Source of the DNA: a virus
Lineage: Duplodnaviria > Caudoviricetes
Direction: 5' to 3' (one strand)
Virus record (IMG/VR): IMGVR_UViG_3300016484_000737
Location: 1 to 34,682 of that record
DNA: 34,682 nucleotides
The position numbers and the translations under genes are program-made. Below, one piece after another: positions 25,490-33,489 of this stretch. Under the pieces are notes generated by a model that worked only from the letters and a program-made list of their open reading frames with translations, did not search any database and was not told the origin of the DNA. The stretch's first letter is position 1. Each line of letters begins with the position of its first letter.

Positions 25490-25971
25490 ACGACAGTGTG
25501 ACAGAGACCAAGGAATCAAATCAACCATACACACGCGAACTAGATCTACCACCATTCCCTGTCTCTGTTGCACTAGCCATCGGCGAAGATGAGTGGATTC
25601 AGATCTGCGAGAAAAACGAGTTCAAAGACCGCACCTGGATGGCTGACAATAGCCTTGGTGAAGTCAGTGGTATGGGGTCAGTTGTAGTGGTCCGCTTTGC
25701 TGACCTTTCCTCATACGACATCATCAAACGCGCTGGTGTTTGTGCGCATGAAGCAGTTCATGTCTTCCAAGCACTTTGCCAGTACATCAACGAAACTGAG
25801 CCATCGACTGAATTCGCTGCATACTACGTGCAGGCAATCACACAATGGCTCCTCAAGGAGTTGGAATGTTCCCTATCCCAAGTCTCTACCTCAAGCTCGC
25901 AGGAGCAGCAATCGTCGCAGGAGTCATTGGACTCCACCTCTTCGGAGACTGGCGAACAAGCAGCAAGCTGA
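25486..25971 (+). CDS. HExxH-motif hypothetical protein (zincin-like)
   Basis: 161 aa. CAHEAVHVF...EFAAY. The S/Q-rich tail overlaps the next gene by 106 nt. Confidence 0.65.
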   Translation: MNDSVTETKESNQPYTRELDLPPFPVSVALAIGEDEWIQICEKNEFKDRTWMADNSLGEVSGMGSVVVVRFADLSSYDIIKRAGVCAHEAVHVFQALCQYINETEPSTEFAAYYVQAITQWLLKELECSLSQVSTSSSQEQQSSQESLDSTSSETGEQAAS

Positions 25972-26228
25972 ACGAGGTACAAGCAGAGCTCATCGCAACA
26001 AAGCAGGCCCTAAAGGTGGCAGAGGACAACTTCGTCCAGGCCACTAAAGACAGGGACGCATATCTCAAGGCGGGTCAAGAAGCTGAGCAGGCACGTGCTA
26101 AGGTTCAATCTGACCTCGCCGTCACTTTGAAAAAGCTGCGTCAACAAAAACCCCCAACCGAGTGCAAAGCGGCAATTGACTGGGCCGTACAGAACAAAGA
26201 CGACCTCAAGTGGGGAGACGAAAAATGA
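25866..26228 (+). CDS. Inner-membrane spanin (Rz-like)
   Basis: 120 aa from ATG 25866 (RBS AAGGAG). N-terminal TM, coiled coil and a C-terminal Cys. Confidence 0.75.
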   Translation: MFPIPSLYLKLAGAAIVAGVIGLHLFGDWRTSSKLNEVQAELIATKQALKVAEDNFVQATKDRDAYLKAGQEAEQARAKVQSDLAVTLKKLRQQKPPTECKAAIDWAVQNKDDLKWGDEK

Positions 26229-26539
26229 GAGCTCTATTCAACAACAACACACAAACAGCTGATGTTGATACTAGCCGAAAAGCAAAGCTCGCAGGTGTGT
26301 TTCTCTCTATGTTGATACTAGCCGGTTGCTGCACAGCACCACGGGTTGAGTACAGGGTTGCTGACATTCCTGAGCCACCAAAGGTGGAACGTCCTGTCCT
26401 TGAGAGTGTAAATATCAACAGCGGAATGGACGCTGGCTCGATCATTCAGACTTTCAGAGCTGACATCAAGCGCCTCCAGGCAACAATTTTGGAGTACGAG
26501 AAGATTCTCGATTCCTACAGGAAGAAGGATACGAAATGA
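26225..26539 (+). CDS. Outer-membrane spanin lipoprotein (Rz1-like)
   Basis: 104 aa from ATG 26225 (ATGA overlap). Lipobox LILAGC, Pro-rich segment and C-terminal helix. Confidence 0.75.
   Translation: MRALFNNNTQTADVDTSRKAKLAGVFLSMLILAGCCTAPRVEYRVADIPEPPKVERPVLESVNINSGMDAGSIIQTFRADIKRLQATILEYEKILDSYRKKDTK
26227..26277 (+). repeat. Dispersed element, copy 3 (inside the o-spanin 5' end)
   Basis: GAGAGCTCTATTCAACAACAACACACAAACAGCTGATGTTGATACTAGCCG. Satellite core ATGTTGATACTAGCCG at 26309-26324, offset 47 bp. Confidence 0.95.
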
Positions 26540-27174
26540 GTGGAGCAAGCATCAACAAAAAGGTGGCAAAGGGTCTAGCCAAGGCTGGCAAGGTCCTGGG
26601 CTGGAAGTTCAATGTCTATCGCCCAGACAGCTACCTCACGCCTTTCTCAGATGAGAATCGTCTTTTCTCAACTCAGGCCTCCTGGTCTGAGGACAAGGGG
26701 TTCTCCAAGAATCCAGAGGCGACTCTCACGCACTACAACATCTACGCTGACCACCGCAAGCTGCAGCCAGGAGACATTATGAATTCGCCTGACCTTGATC
26801 GAACATTCGTCATCACTGAGACGAATGAGCTTCGTGGAGCTGTTGCAGTTCAAGCAAATGGCCGTATGACAGTTCGCCGTGTCATCTACACCCCAACAGA
26901 GGACATCAAGACACAATCCCAAGAGGTTGCTACTGAGGTTCCTTGTGCTGTCGAATTCAAGACGAACTATGGGGAGCAGGGTGTTCTCACTGGAACTGGT
27001 AGTGCTGCCACTGGCCATCGCTCCCAAGTCGAAATCTGGACTTGGATGCCTGTTGGTTCACTTCGTTTGAATGACACCCTTGAGCTCAGCATCGGAACTT
27101 TCACCCTTACTTCTGTCCAGCAGGACGAAGGTGGAACAACCATTCAGGCTCGCTCAACTAAGGTAGGTGTCTGA
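26536..27174 (+). CDS. Putative head-closure / head-tail joining protein
   Basis: 212 aa, located before the tail completion gene. KVAKGLAKAGKVLG..FNVYRP and LQPGDI beta-barrel-like motifs. Confidence 0.55.
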   Translation: MSGASINKKVAKGLAKAGKVLGWKFNVYRPDSYLTPFSDENRLFSTQASWSEDKGFSKNPEATLTHYNIYADHRKLQPGDIMNSPDLDRTFVITETNELRGAVAVQANGRMTVRRVIYTPTEDIKTQSQEVATEVPCAVEFKTNYGEQGVLTGTGSAATGHRSQVEIWTWMPVGSLRLNDTLELSIGTFTLTSVQQDEGGTTIQARSTKVGV

Positions 27175-27608
27175 TGTCACTTCCAAAGCTGCGCTTGAAG
27201 AATGGTAGGTTTGCTTCTCTTCAGCAAATCATCAACAGCCTCCAGAATCCAGCACCTCTGCTGGATCAGGTTGGGCAGTATCTGAAGAAGTCCACTCAGG
27301 AACGAATTAGCACCACTAAGAAGTCGCCATCTGACCAGCCATGGGCTCCTTGGGCTGATGTGACAGCAATGGCACGTGAGAAGAAAGGGACTGCCGGCAG
27401 AGGCCTGCTTTTCGATTCTGGGGCTCTCTACGACTCAATCGACTATCAGGTTCAGGCAAAGTCAGTGATTGTGGGTGCTGGTGTTTCTTATGCCAGGTTC
27501 CTTCAGGCGGGAACTTTCAATATGCCTGCGCGACCATTCATTGGGTTCTCGCAACAGGACAAGACAAACATTCACAATATGGTTGTCGAATACCTCAAAA
27601 CACGATAA
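27174..27608 (+). CDS. Tail completion / virion morphogenesis protein (Mu gpG, P2 gpS-like)
   Basis: 144 aa. P.LDQVG..L..ST.ERI....SP...PWAP, LFDSGALYDSI, YARFLQ.G and MPARPFIG motifs. Confidence 0.85.
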   Translation: MSLPKLRLKNGRFASLQQIINSLQNPAPLLDQVGQYLKKSTQERISTTKKSPSDQPWAPWADVTAMAREKKGTAGRGLLFDSGALYDSIDYQVQAKSVIVGAGVSYARFLQAGTFNMPARPFIGFSQQDKTNIHNMVVEYLKTR

Positions 27609-27614
27609 ATAGAA
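27596..27614 (+). promoter_or_regulatory. Putative late promoter for the tail operon
   Basis: CAAAACACGATAAATAGAA, identical to 15549-15567. Confidence 0.8.
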
Positions 27615-27628
27615 GGCTAACAGACATC

Positions 27629-27832
27629 ATGAAAGCTATCAAACTTCTCCGCGATCATCACACCCCAGAAGGCATCTTCAAAGCTGGTGAGACGATCAAG
27701 GTTTCTGACGAACACTACAAGTGGTTGACTGAGTACTACGCCAAGCTCCGCCGTGAAGAGGTGGGACAGGCAGAAGAAGCTCGTCAGCTGCTCAAGAAAG
27801 CAGGAGTCCTGAATGACGCCACAAGCGACTAA
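27629..27832 (+). CDS. Small tail-associated hypothetical protein
   Basis: 67 aa. IKLLRDHH..G.FKAGETIKV. Confidence 0.65.
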   Translation: MKAIKLLRDHHTPEGIFKAGETIKVSDEHYKWLTEYYAKLRREEVGQAEEARQLLKKAGVLNDATSD

Positions 27833-28244
27833 GGATTTGGTTGAACGAATTTCGACAGTGCTGACACCTCTAGGCGGAGTGTGTGCAGCAACGTTGGGCG
27901 GTACTGAGAATGATCCCGCCCTGGAGAACTGCCCGCTGCCAAGTGCATGGGTGCGCTTTGAAGGTTCACAAAGTGCAGGCCCTAATGAACAACGCAGTCA
28001 AGCAATGCTCCTAAACTTCAGTGCAGTACTTGTGGTCGAGTATGGCAAGGGAGAGACCGATTTCACTGATACCCAACTCAAACTCATTGACGATGTCTCT
28101 CAGGCGGTGAGAGGTACGCAAGCAGACCCAGCTGGGAACCTGTGGACATTTCTCGGAGCAAACTTGCTGACGATCAATCCAGATCGCTGCATGTATCTGC
28201 TTCAGTTCCAAGTTCGCGGCTACTACGCAAAACAACTCACGTAA
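27813..28244 (+). CDS. Tail terminator protein
   Basis: 143 aa directly before the tail tube gene. LPSAWVRFEG and LIDDVSQAVRG motifs. Confidence 0.7.
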   Translation: MTPQATKDLVERISTVLTPLGGVCAATLGGTENDPALENCPLPSAWVRFEGSQSAGPNEQRSQAMLLNFSAVLVVEYGKGETDFTDTQLKLIDDVSQAVRGTQADPAGNLWTFLGANLLTINPDRCMYLLQFQVRGYYAKQLT

Positions 28245-28256
28245 GGAGTCATTTTC

Positions 28257-29015
28257 ATGGCTGATACCTACTTCTCCGGCCAAGGCAAGGTTTACTTCCA
28301 AGAGCTGGACAGCGCTGGCGCTACTACTGGTGCCATGCTTTGGATTGGTGATGCTGACGTTCTTCAGACGGCAGGCACTGAACAAACTGTCTCGTTCCAG
28401 GAATCCTGGTCTGGCACTCGCGCAACTGTTGTGGACGTTCTTCAGACAACTGATCTGTCCGCCACCATTGGTATGCGCAATCTCTCTGGCAAGAATCTTG
28501 CCACGGCGCTCTATGGCACTGCAGCTGCTGGAGCTGGTGGTTCTGTGACTGGCGAAGCTCACTTCGCGCTCAAGGTCGCTGACAACATCATCTTCCTGGC
28601 ATATCCAAATGTGTCCTCTGTCACTGTGAAGAAGGGTGCTACTACCCTCGTCGCTGACACTGACTACACGCTAAACGCAGTGGATGGAACCATCAGCATC
28701 AAGCTGACCTCGTCCGTCATCACCTCTACCTCTGGTGCTGGCGATGCAATCACTGTGGACTACACCTACGCGGCTTACACCACGAAGGTGCAAGTTCTGA
28801 CCTCGACGCAGAAGGAATTCAACGTCATCTTTGAGGGCAAGGACATGGCCAACGGTGGTTCGAAGGTTCGTGTTGTGCTGAAGCGTTGGAAGCCAGGTAT
28901 TCTGGCTAACTTTGATTGGATTGGCACCGATATTGCTCAGATGAGCATCACCGGCAAGCTGCTTCCTTCGAAGACCGACACAGCTTCCCCATACATGGAC
29001 GTCATTGTTGTCTAA
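28257..29015 (+). CDS. Major tail tube protein
   Basis: 252 aa with RBS TAAGGAG. YFSGQGKVY...WIGD, ESWSG.R, NLATALYG and DYTL....GTI motifs. Confidence 0.88.
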   Translation: MADTYFSGQGKVYFQELDSAGATTGAMLWIGDADVLQTAGTEQTVSFQESWSGTRATVVDVLQTTDLSATIGMRNLSGKNLATALYGTAAAGAGGSVTGEAHFALKVADNIIFLAYPNVSSVTVKKGATTLVADTDYTLNAVDGTISIKLTSSVITSTSGAGDAITVDYTYAAYTTKVQVLTSTQKEFNVIFEGKDMANGGSKVRVVLKRWKPGILANFDWIGTDIAQMSITGKLLPSKTDTASPYMDVIVV

Positions 29016-29022
29016 TGACACT

Positions 29023-29046
29023 GAGGGCTTCGGCCCTCTTTCTGTT
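29023..29046 (+). terminator. Intrinsic terminator after the tail tube gene
   Basis: GAGGGC-TTCG-GCCCTC followed by TTTCTGTT. Confidence 0.8.
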
Positions 29047-29100
29047 CATCTGGCGCCTCAGCAGTTCTGAGGCACCTTATACCTCACACAAGGATTCAAA

Positions 29101-29511
29101 ATGTCAGAACTCAAGACCCTCCAGCCTGCTAACGAAATCAAGCTTAGCACCGGCGAAATCCTCATTCTGAAGCCACTCCCATTCGGGAAGCTTGCAAAGG
29201 CCCTAAGCCTCGTTTCCAGTATCTTTGGCAGCGCAAGCATTGGCTACGATGCTCTGTCCCTAGAAGACCAAAGCTCCGCTGGTGCGGTGATTGCTCAGGT
29301 CCTTGCACAGGGTGGCGAAGACATCTACGAACTTCTCGGCCTTGGCCTCAACAAACCGCGTGAATGGTTTGACGACCTCTCAATGGAGGATGGCATCAAT
29401 GCTGCAACGGCGTTCTTTGAACTCAACTCCGATTTTTTTCTCCGCCAGGTACTCCCAGCCCTGAAAGGAAGCCTGGGCAAGATCAAGGCCCTGAAGGGTA
29501 TGGTAGGCTGA
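29101..29511 (+). CDS. Tail assembly chaperone (gpG-like)
   Basis: 136 aa between tube and TMP genes. The ELNSDFF motif contains a T7 run. Confidence 0.85.
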   Translation: MSELKTLQPANEIKLSTGEILILKPLPFGKLAKALSLVSSIFGSASIGYDALSLEDQSSAGAVIAQVLAQGGEDIYELLGLGLNKPREWFDDLSMEDGINAATAFFELNSDFFLRQVLPALKGSLGKIKALKGMVG

Positions 29512-29702
29512 TTGTCAAGCTCGTAAGCTCTGGATTCAGCCTTGATGAAGTAAATAGTATGACGCTTGCGCAGATCAGGCTTTTCTCAGAGAGCATTGAC
29601 CACATGCGCAAGCAAACACTAAGCGACTCAGTCCTAGCAGCTCTGGCTGGTAGTCGCTATGACGAGAAGAATCTCAAGAAGCTGTTCAAGGACCTCAAAT
29701 GA
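29433..29702 (+). CDS. -1 frameshift extension of the tail assembly chaperone (gpGT-like); slippery site T TTT TTT at 29433-29439
   Basis: The -1 frame from 29439 is open for 87 codons (SPPGTPSPERK...SSGFSLDEVNSMTLAQIRLF...LKKLFKDLK) to TGA 29700-29702, which overlaps the TMP ATG. Not listed in the ORF track. Confidence 0.85.
   Translation, partial: FFSPPGTPSPERKPGQDQGPEGYGRLIVKLVSSGFSLDEVNSMTLAQIRLFSESIDHMRKQTLSDSVLAALAGSRYDEKNLKKLFKDLK
29548..29557 (+). promoter_or_regulatory. Putative late promoter upstream of TMP
   Basis: AAGTAAATAG within the gpGT extension, about 140 bp before ATG 29699. Confidence 0.45.
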
Positions 29703-32041
29703 CCGATTCAGTCAAGATTAGCGCAGAACTAGATGACAATGCAAGCCCTGCGCTGACGCGGCTGTTGGGTTTGATTGGTGAGTTCGTAAAAGGCGTGCAG
29801 GAAGGTGCACGCGCGGAGCTTGAAGCAGCAAAGGCTTCAGGACAGTTCAACAAGACAAAAGAAGAATCTGGTAACGTAGTTGATGAGCTTACCAAGAAAG
29901 TCGGTAAGCTTGCATCAGCGTATTTCTCTGTCAAGTTTGTCATTGACCAGTTCGTGGCTTCCGTCAAAGAGGCAGATCGTCTTGATGACCTTTCTGACAA
30001 GACAGGCATTGCTGCAAACGAGCTCAAGGACCTTGGCTACGCTGCCAAGATTGGCGGTTCTTCCCTTGATGGTCTGATTGGTGCGTTCAACAAGCTTGGA
30101 CGTTCTGCTGCTGCGACTGAAGAAGACCTCAAGCGACAAGAAGAAGCATTCAATGCAATTGGTGTGTCTGCAACGGACACAAACGGCAATCTCAAGTCGT
30201 CTGAGCAGCTCTTTGGCGAGATTGCTGATCGCTTCAAGAATCTAGAAGATGGGCCAGAAAAGTCTGCCATCGCATTCCGCCTGTTTGGTTCTGAGGCCAA
30301 GAATCTCATTCCGCTCCTGAACAAGGGCAGTGAGGGGATTGCTGCGCTCAAGAAAGAAAGCGCAGAGCTTGGTGGTGTTTCACCTGAAGCCTTCAACGCT
30401 TTTGCCAAGGCATCTGGAGACTTGTTTGACGGCATTGACCGCGTGAAGACCATCTTCGAAGGCTTCTTCACCACAATGGCTGCCGATGTTGTGCCAGTCA
30501 TCAACGTGATGATTCAGCAGTTCGTTGACTCTGCACGTGAAGGTGGTTTGCTGCGCGATGTTCTGAATGGCATCACCTACGTCTTCAAGAACGTCCTTGT
30601 TCCTTCTGTCAAGGTGGCTGCTGTCATCTTTGATGCATTCACTTCAACCGTGAAGATTGCTGGCAAGGGTATTGGTGCCCTGTTCGCAATCATCGGCGCA
30701 ATTGCAAGTGGCGGCGGTCTCAGTGAAGTCAAGTCGATCATCAAGTCATATGGTGAGGATGTTGACAAGGTTGCTCAAGACCACGATGAGTTTGCCACTA
30801 AGATGGCTCTCGCCGGGCATGAAGCAGTCAAGCTTGCTGACAATGTCGAAAAGCCAAAAGAGAAGATTCGCCTGGTAGGAAAGGCGGCCAAGGAAGTCAA
30901 GTCTGACCTACAGGAAATGGTCAATCAACTCAAGATTGCCAACGCCTCGTTTGGTCTTGATGATTCTGCAAAGCAACAACTCGAAGCCCAACTAAAGTAC
31001 GCCAAGGACATCAAGGCTGGTCTCGGCAAGGCTGTTGCCGACTCTCTGCTGAATCAGGCGAATGCCCTCATTGAAGTCAATCGTCAGCTCCGTGAAGCGG
31101 CAAAGGCCCAAGAGGAATTCGACAAGGCTCGTGGCACCATTCAAGACTACAAGGACCAAACTGATCTTCTCGCCTATGAAGCAACGCTGATTGGCAAGAC
31201 TGCTGAAGAGCGTGCTCGTCTGATTGAGAAGTTCAAGGAAGAACAGCAACTTCGCAAGCAGATCAACGACCTCTCTGACCAAGATGTCCAAAACATCGCT
31301 AATCAAACTCGTGCTGCTCAGGCTGCTCGCGATGAAGTTCTGAAGACCCTTCAACAAACCAAGATCACGAATGAGATTCTTGACCAGTCGAAGGCAGCTA
31401 TTCAAGCTGACGTCACACAGCGCATTCAGGCTGCTGCTAAGCTCCTCGAAGCAGGCAAGATCACAGTTGACGACTACAACACGTACCAACTGGCGCAGCT
31501 TGACCGCCTGAAGGACAAGACGAAGGAAACCCTCACAGAGATGCAAGAGTTCTACAAGGCTGCCGCTCAAGGCATCCAAGGCGACCTCAGCACCTTCATC
31601 TTCGACTTTGCTCAGGGCAAACTTGGAAACCTTGTTGATGCTGTGAAGACTACGCTTGACCGCATTGTGGCCCAGGTGCTCGCCGCAAAACTGGCGACTG
31701 CTCTTTTCGGCGCAGACTTTGCAAAGGGTAATGTTGGTGGTTTGGTTGGACAAGGTGCTGCCTTCCTCGGTAGCCTGTTTGGTGGTGCCCGCGCTGAAGG
31801 TGGTCCAGTCAAGGCTGGCGTTCCTTACATCGTTGGTGAGCGTCGTGCTGAAGTGTTCGTGCCAGACACGAATGGACAAATTCTGCCTGACACGTCTGCT
31901 CTGCAGTCTGCCAACAACTTGACCATCTCAATCACTGCAATGGACAGCCAGTCTGTGATTCAGGCACTTGACAAGGTCAAGAAGAAGGGAGCCCAAATGT
32001 TTGGTCGCTCAAACCGCTACTACAACTTGCAAGGTGCATAA
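29699..32041 (+). CDS. Tape measure protein
   Basis: 780 aa, helical and A/K/E-rich. LDDLSDKTGI motif, and lambda-H-like C-terminus RAEGGPV..G.PYIVGER.AEVFVP. Confidence 0.93.
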   Translation: MTDSVKISAELDDNASPALTRLLGLIGEFVKGVQEGARAELEAAKASGQFNKTKEESGNVVDELTKKVGKLASAYFSVKFVIDQFVASVKEADRLDDLSDKTGIAANELKDLGYAAKIGGSSLDGLIGAFNKLGRSAAATEEDLKRQEEAFNAIGVSATDTNGNLKSSEQLFGEIADRFKNLEDGPEKSAIAFRLFGSEAKNLIPLLNKGSEGIAALKKESAELGGVSPEAFNAFAKASGDLFDGIDRVKTIFEGFFTTMAADVVPVINVMIQQFVDSAREGGLLRDVLNGITYVFKNVLVPSVKVAAVIFDAFTSTVKIAGKGIGALFAIIGAIASGGGLSEVKSIIKSYGEDVDKVAQDHDEFATKMALAGHEAVKLADNVEKPKEKIRLVGKAAKEVKSDLQEMVNQLKIANASFGLDDSAKQQLEAQLKYAKDIKAGLGKAVADSLLNQANALIEVNRQLREAAKAQEEFDKARGTIQDYKDQTDLLAYEATLIGKTAEERARLIEKFKEEQQLRKQINDLSDQDVQNIANQTRAAQAARDEVLKTLQQTKITNEILDQSKAAIQADVTQRIQAAAKLLEAGKITVDDYNTYQLAQLDRLKDKTKETLTEMQEFYKAAAQGIQGDLSTFIFDFAQGKLGNLVDAVKTTLDRIVAQVLAAKLATALFGADFAKGNVGGLVGQGAAFLGSLFGGARAEGGPVKAGVPYIVGERRAEVFVPDTNGQILPDTSALQSANNLTISITAMDSQSVIQALDKVKKKGAQMFGRSNRYYNLQGA

Positions 32042-32637
32042 TGGCTTTCGTCAATGAACTCTTCCCAAATCTGAAGCTTATCCACGGGCTTCAAAAGTCC
32101 GTGGTTCTTCCTACATCGATTGTTGGCAACAGCTCGAAGGAATATCGCATTCGTAAGCTCACTAACTATCGCTCTCAGTGGGTTTGGCCATCGCGCTCTA
32201 TGCTTGCTGAGGATCGTGAAGCATTGCTGCAGTTCTACTCTGAAGTAGCAAGCTTCAGTTTGAACTCCTTCAAGTTCAAGTGCCCAGTTGACAACCAGTG
32301 GAACCTGACTCCGCTTCTCTACACTGGAAGCGCGAACCAGTTCTACCTCACTACACGTGGCACTGGTGGCACCCACCCTGTTTATCACCTTGGAGGTGAT
32401 ATTGTTGTTCGCAATGGGGCTACGCCAGTGAGCTATACGCAAACAGTTGTGAACGGCAATCCAGTCATCACAGTTCCAGGCTACACGTCGAACATCAACA
32501 TTTCTGGCACGTACTACCATGCTGCCCGTTTTGACCAATCGACACTTGGCTGGACTATGGAGGCACTTGCCTCTGACAACTCATCGCTCATTGATTCGCT
32601 CGGAGACATCAGCCTTATCGAAGTCTTCGAGTACTAA
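32041..32637 (+). CDS. Distal tail protein (DUF2460 / GTA g12-like)
   Basis: 198 aa after TMP. F.NELFP, TSIV...S.EYR, SFKFKCPVD, ARFD and ISLIEV motifs. Confidence 0.75.
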   Translation: MAFVNELFPNLKLIHGLQKSVVLPTSIVGNSSKEYRIRKLTNYRSQWVWPSRSMLAEDREALLQFYSEVASFSLNSFKFKCPVDNQWNLTPLLYTGSANQFYLTTRGTGGTHPVYHLGGDIVVRNGATPVSYTQTVVNGNPVITVPGYTSNINISGTYYHAARFDQSTLGWTMEALASDNSSLIDSLGDISLIEVFEY

Positions 32638-32655
32638 ACCAAAGGTCATATTCAG

Positions 32656-33489
32656 ATGCGTACAATCTCAACAGCACTGCGCAATGCTATCGATAGTGGT
32701 AACATCGCAAAGCTAGTCAAAATCACCCGCAAGGACACAGTTGTTCATGGCTTTACTGACCATGATAAGCCGCTGACCATTGACGGTACTCTCTATGAGC
32801 CAGCCGCTGGCCTCCAGTCCGTTGTTTACACCACCAACGCAAACGTCGAGGTCTCAAACCAAGAAGTTGCTGCATCAGCAATTGACCTTCCAGATGAGGA
32901 CATCAAAGCGGGTTTGTACGATGATGCTGAAATTGAGGCGGCTTGGGGGAGCTGGGAAGATCCATCTGCAGGTCGTTTGATTACATTCGTGGGCAATGTT
33001 GGATCAATCATCTGGACAAACGAGGGCTTCAAGGCCGACGTTGTGAACTTCATGAAGCGCATGGAGCTCAACATCGGAACTCAATTCACTGCTGGTTGCC
33101 GTCATGAGCTTTATGGCACCGCAGAAGTTGGCAAAATTGGCTTCTGCGGTGTGTCAGCTACTTCATTCACATTCTCTGGAACTGTGGCAACGCAGGTGAT
33201 TCCGAAGTGGAAGTTCACTGCGGCTCTTGGTCAGCCCGATGGGTACTTCAGCAATGGCGTGATTACCTTCACCTCCGGCATCAACAATGGACTAAGTTAC
33301 GTGATCAAGAAGCAAGTAGGTGACACCTTCGAGTTGTTTCTCCCTGCACTTGGTCAGTTTCCAGCAGGAACAACCTTCACCATCAAAGCTGGTTGCGACA
33401 AGTCCCTCGAAACCTGCAAGACAAAATTCAACAACGTTGTCAACTTTGGTGGGTTCCCGCACATCAACAATGGAGTGACAATGCGATGA
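32656..33489 (+). CDS. Tail hub protein (DUF2163 / GTA g13, lambda gpL-like)
   Basis: 277 aa. KITRKD....GFTDHD, CRHELY...C and GCDKSLETCKTKFNNVVNFGGFPH (four-Cys cluster). Confidence 0.9.
   Translation: MRTISTALRNAIDSGNIAKLVKITRKDTVVHGFTDHDKPLTIDGTLYEPAAGLQSVVYTTNANVEVSNQEVAASAIDLPDEDIKAGLYDDAEIEAAWGSWEDPSAGRLITFVGNVGSIIWTNEGFKADVVNFMKRMELNIGTQFTAGCRHELYGTAEVGKIGFCGVSATSFTFSGTVATQVIPKWKFTAALGQPDGYFSNGVITFTSGINNGLSYVIKKQVGDTFELFLPALGQFPAGTTFTIKAGCDKSLETCKTKFNNVVNFGGFPHINNGVTMR

Noticed and set aside
26262-26324. Core repeats 46-47 bp apart (here and 11812-11871) as a mini-CRISPR array
   Set aside because: There are only two 14-16 bp units per locus, the repeats are too short, they overlap coding sequence, and no cas genes are present.
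13646-26415. Further TAAATA hits (TAAATAC at 13646 and 24851, TAAATAT at 20584 and 26409)
   Set aside because: They lack the final G and lie inside coding sequence. Some are near downstream starts and could be weak promoters, but they are not supportable as calls.
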